The translations under genes and the position numbers were made by a program. Source: Bdellovibrionales bacterium (GTDB lineage: Bacteria > Bdellovibrionota > UBA1018 > CAIMNF01). Taken from it: DNA of 64,000 bases. Shown here piece by piece: positions 59,655 through 64,000 of the stretch. The DNA lies in NCBI GenBank assembly GCA_947372355.1, contig CANBTI010000001.1, positions 18,296 to 82,295 on the forward strand, given 5' to 3'. Below the pieces are notes generated by a model. The model searched no databases and was not told where the DNA came from. It saw only the letters and a list, made by a program, of their open reading frames with translations. The stretch's first letter is position 1. Each line of letters begins with the position of its first letter.

Positions 59655-61762
59655 AAAATACAGATCAACAAAACGGAAAAATAATCATGAACTCATTATC
59701 AAAATTATTGGCTTTTGCAATTTGTTTACAGCTAACGGTAGGAATTTATCCAGTTCAAAACCACATGGCTTATGCGCAAGATGATCGTAGTATCAGTACT
59801 AATGAAAGTAAGGCAAATCGTGGGCCTGCTTCAGATAATTTGAATATGGATGCTAATGAAGCTAATGATCATTCTAAAAATTATATTAAATTATTTAATG
59901 ATCAATGTGTTGGTTCAAATGGAAAAATAAAAGGCAGTACTGCTTTTATGCATGATAAGGAAATCGGTTCTAGTGAAGAACCAAGAATGTATAATTGTTC
60001 TGAAGCGGCAACAATAATTCAAAAAATTATTATACCAGGAATGAATGATATTTCTGAAGAAGTAAAACATTCAAAAATAAATCCAAACTGCCCTACTTGT
60101 GGAATTCCAAACCAAGATGAAGATTCTGTTAAAAATGGTCAGCTGGTTTCGGGATCATGTTCTGCAGAAGAACAAAAGAAGTTTGCTAAACAAGATTGTT
60201 CCTTTGGTTGCAATATTTTATATACCATTGGTTCACAAGATAAAAGTTGCCCTAAATCTTCTGGTATTTCTGGAAAATGCGCACTTGAAATTTCAAAAGG
60301 CGTTTTAAAAGGTATTTATGATGTTCTTGCTTTTCCATTCATTATGGTAAAAGACGCCGGTGTTTGGACATATAATAAAATTTTTGGCAAATCCGAGAAT
60401 GAAACTACAGAAAAATCACAAGTTCTTAGTGGTTTAACAGATCAAGATATTAAGGATGGGGAAAAAAATCCTGAAAAATTAAAACAAACTTTACTTCAAA
60501 GATCTGCAAAATTCTTTAATGATCTTGGAAAAGCAATTATTGGTTATCCCGAGTATGAGGAAAAATCAAAATGTGCTGATTGTGCTGCTAAAGCAGATCT
60601 TATGTGCGGTGTTATAGGTAATACTAGCGGATTTTTAATCACAATGTTTGGTAATGGAGCAATTTTTGGTGCTACTGAAGGTATTGCTGAAAGAATTGCA
60701 TCAAAACTTGTTAAGGTATCAAAAGGTACAGGCAAATTTGCTAGTATTGCTAGTAAAACTATACTCGTAGCTGAAAAAACTAGTTTAGCTGCTACTAAAG
60801 TTGGTAAATTTGTTTCTAAGCCATTTATTCGTTTTGGTGAAGTTGTGGCGAGTGGAGCCTCAAAAGTTTCTGTTTCAAGTTTAAAATGGTGGGAGTCTTT
60901 TAAATCAAAAAAATTATATGAAAATTTAATTAAATTTAAAGATTCTAGATCTTTAAAAGTTGTATCTAACTCAATCCCAGGAAAAATAACACTTTCGATC
61001 GGGCGTGGAGTTAGTAATAGTTTTGAAAAAGCAGGTGTTTTCGTTAAAAAAATTGGTAAGGTTGCTAGTAATATTCAAGAAACTACTCATGATTTTGGTC
61101 TTGGATTAACTAATTCAAAGTTATTAAGAGCTCAAAAAATTAATAAACTTAGATCAGCTAAGGCTGCAGCTAATGCTACAAATGAAGCTCTTCGTGGAGT
61201 GGATGAACTTAAAGTAGTGAAAGATGCTTCTGAAGGCAGAACTGCTGAACAGTGGACTGATTTAAAACAAAAAGCTTCCAATGAACTTCAGGGCTTAAAA
61301 GTGAAACATTTGGATGATGTTGAAAATGCGGTGCCAGCCGAATTTGAAATTAATGCAGGAAAAGAAAAAAGTATTCTTGTTGAAACTTCAAAAGGAACGC
61401 GTGAATTAAAAATCGCAAAACCTGCTGATGTTGAAAGCATCCATACTTATCAAGATGGAAAATTAGCCATCGTTCAACATAGAGATGGTTCATACATCAT
61501 TCATGATATGGATGCCGGTTCTCACCTCACCCAAGTTCCAAAAGGAAAAGAAGAGTTTGTAGATGCTCTTCTTGGTAAGAAAACTAAGAACTTTGATGAT
61601 CTTGAAGGCATGTCTTACACACAAGTGAAGACAAACTTAAAAATCAACGGAACTAAGTTTACTGAAGAAGTAGATGCAACTGGAGCTAAAACAATGAAAA
61701 TTGAAACTCCAAATGGATGTAATCCGAAATCACTCAGTTTTGGTGTGGATAAAGCGATCTAA
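59642..61762 (+). CDS. Secreted Cys-rich hypothetical protein paralogous to the central module of cassette gene A (cassette gene C)
   Basis: Signal-like LSKLLAFAICLQLTVGIYPV (alternative start MNSL at 59687). Shares the blocks C-x2-C-x5-C-x2-(I/V)G...F..G(A/G)..G...I..K and C..G..G.CA...G.L.GIYDVLAFP with gene A. Overlaps gene B by 13 nt. Confidence 0.5.
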   Translation: MRKMKNTDQQNGKIIMNSLSKLLAFAICLQLTVGIYPVQNHMAYAQDDRSISTNESKANRGPASDNLNMDANEANDHSKNYIKLFNDQCVGSNGKIKGSTAFMHDKEIGSSEEPRMYNCSEAATIIQKIIIPGMNDISEEVKHSKINPNCPTCGIPNQDEDSVKNGQLVSGSCSAEEQKKFAKQDCSFGCNILYTIGSQDKSCPKSSGISGKCALEISKGVLKGIYDVLAFPFIMVKDAGVWTYNKIFGKSENETTEKSQVLSGLTDQDIKDGEKNPEKLKQTLLQRSAKFFNDLGKAIIGYPEYEEKSKCADCAAKADLMCGVIGNTSGFLITMFGNGAIFGATEGIAERIASKLVKVSKGTGKFASIASKTILVAEKTSLAATKVGKFVSKPFIRFGEVVASGASKVSVSSLKWWESFKSKKLYENLIKFKDSRSLKVVSNSIPGKITLSIGRGVSNSFEKAGVFVKKIGKVASNIQETTHDFGLGLTNSKLLRAQKINKLRSAKAAANATNEALRGVDELKVVKDASEGRTAEQWTDLKQKASNELQGLKVKHLDDVENAVPAEFEINAGKEKSILVETSKGTRELKIAKPADVESIHTYQDGKLAIVQHRDGSYIIHDMDAGSHLTQVPKGKEEFVDALLGKKTKNFDDLEGMSYTQVKTNLKINGTKFTEEVDATGAKTMKIETPNGCNPKSLSFGVDKAI

Positions 61763-62218
61763 TACTGGTTAATTAATATTATCTATAAGTAACAAATAGT
61801 TACGTTATAATTAATATTTCATCCCCCAGTTAGTGTTCTTTTATTTTCTTATAACCTGTTTTTGAACCATGAATTAACCGCTTATCCACATTCATTTGTG
61901 GATAGTTATGGTGGATAATTGTTTTATTGAACCTATTAAATTCAGTTTAATTATTATTTTATTTAGTAATTGGATACTTTTGGTGAATAAGCTGGTGAAT
62001 GACCATATGCTTCTTGGTTTTAATGGATTTTTCTTTTTTATCCCCAAACTTTGAATTAATATTCACCTTTGTTTTAAACCATTATAAAACATAGATTCAT
62101 GTTTAATTTTAATTAGTTAGAGGGTTTTCCACCTAATTCACACTACTATGACTACTATGATCTTTATATATAAATACTTCTATGAGAGTAATTTGAGATT
62201 CGAGGTTGTGGATAAGAT
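61763..62218. other. Candidate chromosomal replication origin (oriC): DnaA-box cluster plus AT-rich unwinding region
   Basis: TTATCCACA at 61882-61890. Reverse-orientation boxes TGTGGATAG (61897-61905), GTGGATAAT (61911-61919) and TGTGGATAA (62207-62215). Near-box TTATCCCCA at 62037-62045. Flanked by very AT-rich stretches. Confidence 0.7.
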
Positions 62219-63322
62219 ATGAAATTTAATATTCAAAGAGATCATCTTTTAAGTGCATTACAAAAAATTTCTTCAGTGATTGAAAAGAAACATACCATGG
62301 AGATTCTGGGTAATATTCTTTTTGAAGCAAAGAATGATCAACTCACTCTTTCAGGAACAGATCTTGAAGCAGGAATTCAAATCACTTTAGATGCACAAAT
62401 TCAAGAGCCAGGTAAGTTAACACTTTCTACAAAAAATATTACCGACATCACTAAAGAATTACCAAACCAAGTGATGCACTTTAATTTAAAGCCAAATCAT
62501 TGGGTTGAAATTACATGCTCTAAAGCTAGATTCAACGTTGTGAGTATTTCAGCAGAGGGTTATCCTAATCTTCCTCTCTTTGAAGAAAAAAATTATATCT
62601 ACGCTAATTCAGAACGATTAAATGAAATGATCGAAAAAACTGAGTTTGCAGTTTCAACCGATGCTACTCGTTATCATTTGAATGGAGTTTATTTTGAATT
62701 ACTTCCTTCTGGAATGATTCGAATGACAGCAACCGATGGTCATCGTCTTTCTTATATTGATCATGAAGTTTTTACTAAACCCATTGATTTAAAACGTGGA
62801 GTGGTAATTCCTAAAAAAGGATTAACAGAGCTTCATAAAATGCTTCAAGGAACTAAAAATATAGGAATCGCTTTTGAGAAGGGTTATTTATATGCCAAAT
62901 CAGAAGGTGCTTTTTTATTCATTCGTTTGATTGAAGCTGACTACCCTGATTACCGACAAGTCATTCCTCAAAATTTAGATAAAACTGCAATTCTAAAACG
63001 TGAAGATCTTTTAGGTGCTTTAAAAAGAGTTTCCCTCATGGCTCATGAAAAAAGCAAAGGGGTTAAAATCAGTGTTCAAAATGATTTAATGACCGTTGCT
63101 TCTTCAAATCCTGATATGGGTGAAGCCCGTGATGAAATTAGTATGAAATATCAAGGTGAAGCAGTTGAAATTGGATTCAATGCTAAATACATTATGGAAT
63201 GTCTTGAAGTGATGAAGGATCCAGAAATTGAATTACACTTTAAAGACAAAACCAAACCAGGTTTAATTCAATCGGTAGCGCATAAAAATCATTGTTATGT
63301 AATTATGCCGATGCGTATCTAG
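62219..63322 (+). CDS. dnaN: DNA polymerase III beta sliding clamp
   Basis: N-terminus MKFNIQRDHLLSALQKISSVIEKKHTMEILGNILFEA. Three-domain clamp of 367 aa. C-terminus ...VIMPMRI. Confidence 0.9.
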   Translation: MKFNIQRDHLLSALQKISSVIEKKHTMEILGNILFEAKNDQLTLSGTDLEAGIQITLDAQIQEPGKLTLSTKNITDITKELPNQVMHFNLKPNHWVEITCSKARFNVVSISAEGYPNLPLFEEKNYIYANSERLNEMIEKTEFAVSTDATRYHLNGVYFELLPSGMIRMTATDGHRLSYIDHEVFTKPIDLKRGVVIPKKGLTELHKMLQGTKNIGIAFEKGYLYAKSEGAFLFIRLIEADYPDYRQVIPQNLDKTAILKREDLLGALKRVSLMAHEKSKGVKISVQNDLMTVASSNPDMGEARDEISMKYQGEAVEIGFNAKYIMECLEVMKDPEIELHFKDKTKPGLIQSVAHKNHCYVIMPMRI

Positions 63323-63333
63323 TTAAAATAATT

Positions 63334-64000
63334 TTGAAAATAAAAAATATTCAGATTCGGAACATTCGAAATATTGAGGAAATGAATATTTCTTGTGAAC
63401 AAGGAATTCATTTTATTCATGGAGAGAACGGACAAGGTAAAACAACCGTTCTTGAATCTATTTATATTTTAAGTAACTTAAGATCTTTTAGAGATTCTGA
63501 TTTAGCATCCGCGTTAAAATATAATGAGCAGGCTGGCAAAATAAAAGGTTCTTTTGAAATTGATCCTAGTACTCAAGCTGAACTGAAAGTTGAGCTCATT
63601 CAGAATCCTCAGCGATTTGAGAAGCGTGCCTATGTAAACCACAAGCTCACAAGAAGCGCAGCGGATTACTATGGCGTTAAACTTCAACATTCACCGATTC
63701 AATTTCATGCAATCAATCTCAACCCAACCTCAACAGATTTAATTCGCGGAGAACCTGCGTTAAGAAGAAATTATTTTAATCAAGTAATCTCAAGTCAAAA
63801 TCCTCAGTACATGAATACGCTGAAGCGCTACCAAAAATTTGTAGATCAAAAGAATGCTTTTTTAAAAGATGAAGAAAGATGGGATAATTCCCTACTTAAA
63901 GTACTGAATGAGGGATTAATAAAAGAAGGTGCAATGATCCATTTTGAGAGAATAAAATATCTTTCAAAAATGACCAATCCAGTGCAGCAATTTTTATCCA
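63334..64000 (+). CDS. recF: DNA replication/repair protein RecF (3' end outside window)
   Basis: IKNIQIRNIRNIEEMNI...FIHGENGQGKTTVLESIY is the RecF N-terminus with Walker A. Probable TTG start at 63334. The frame stays open to the window end. Confidence 0.8.
   Translation, partial: MKIKNIQIRNIRNIEEMNISCEQGIHFIHGENGQGKTTVLESIYILSNLRSFRDSDLASALKYNEQAGKIKGSFEIDPSTQAELKVELIQNPQRFEKRAYVNHKLTRSAADYYGVKLQHSPIQFHAINLNPTSTDLIRGEPALRRNYFNQVISSQNPQYMNTLKRYQKFVDQKNAFLKDEERWDNSLLKVLNEGLIKEGAMIHFERIKYLSKMTNPVQQFLS

Overview
This window looks like the origin-proximal stretch of a low-GC chromosome (roughly 37-40% by eye). The gene content resembles a Bdellovibrio-like or deltaproteobacterial predator, though the organism is not identified.

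Most of the window is housekeeping. In coordinate order:
- A partial Fe-S (HdrD/GlpC-like) oxidoreductase, an arginase-family gene, a CspA-family cold-shock gene, and a BamD-like plus TPR gene cluster.
- A 13-gene late-flagellar operon on the minus strand: flgF-flgG-flgA-flgH-flgI, a flgJ-like rod-binding gene, flgM, a flgN-like gene, flgK-flgL, then csrA-fliW.
- folD-gcvT-gcvH-corA, then a secreted START-like protein, convergent with gcvP.
- Two tandem TonB-C paralogs, a GNAT gene, PBP1A, tlyA, xseB, and a 667-aa secreted hypothetical.
- A partial ATP synthase operon atpF'-F-H-A-G-D-C with no a or c subunit genes.
- bactofilin-parB-parA, then rsmG-mnmG.
- A split acyl-CoA mutase (catalytic plus B12 subunit) carrying an isobutyryl-CoA-mutase-like Phe/Gln signature, flanked by an acyl-CoA dehydrogenase, a 3-hydroxyacyl-CoA dehydrogenase and a GT39/83-like membrane glycosyltransferase.
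- The classical rpmH-rnpA-yidD-yidC-mnmE cluster, divergent from dnaA.

The most unusual feature is the dnaA-dnaN locus, where dnaA and dnaN are separated by about 6.7 kb. A co-oriented, translationally coupled three-gene cassette (55597-61762) encodes secreted, cysteine-rich, mutually paralogous proteins with no recognisable domains. It sits between dnaA and a DnaA-box-rich, AT-rich oriC candidate (61763-62218) immediately upstream of dnaN. recF follows dnaN and is cut off at the window end.

Other points of interest:
- A 15-bp hairpin with a G9/C9 tract buries the Shine-Dalgarno and start codon of the flgJ-like gene.
- Several Rho-independent terminators were found.

No CRISPR arrays, tRNAs, rRNAs or integrase/transposase genes were seen.
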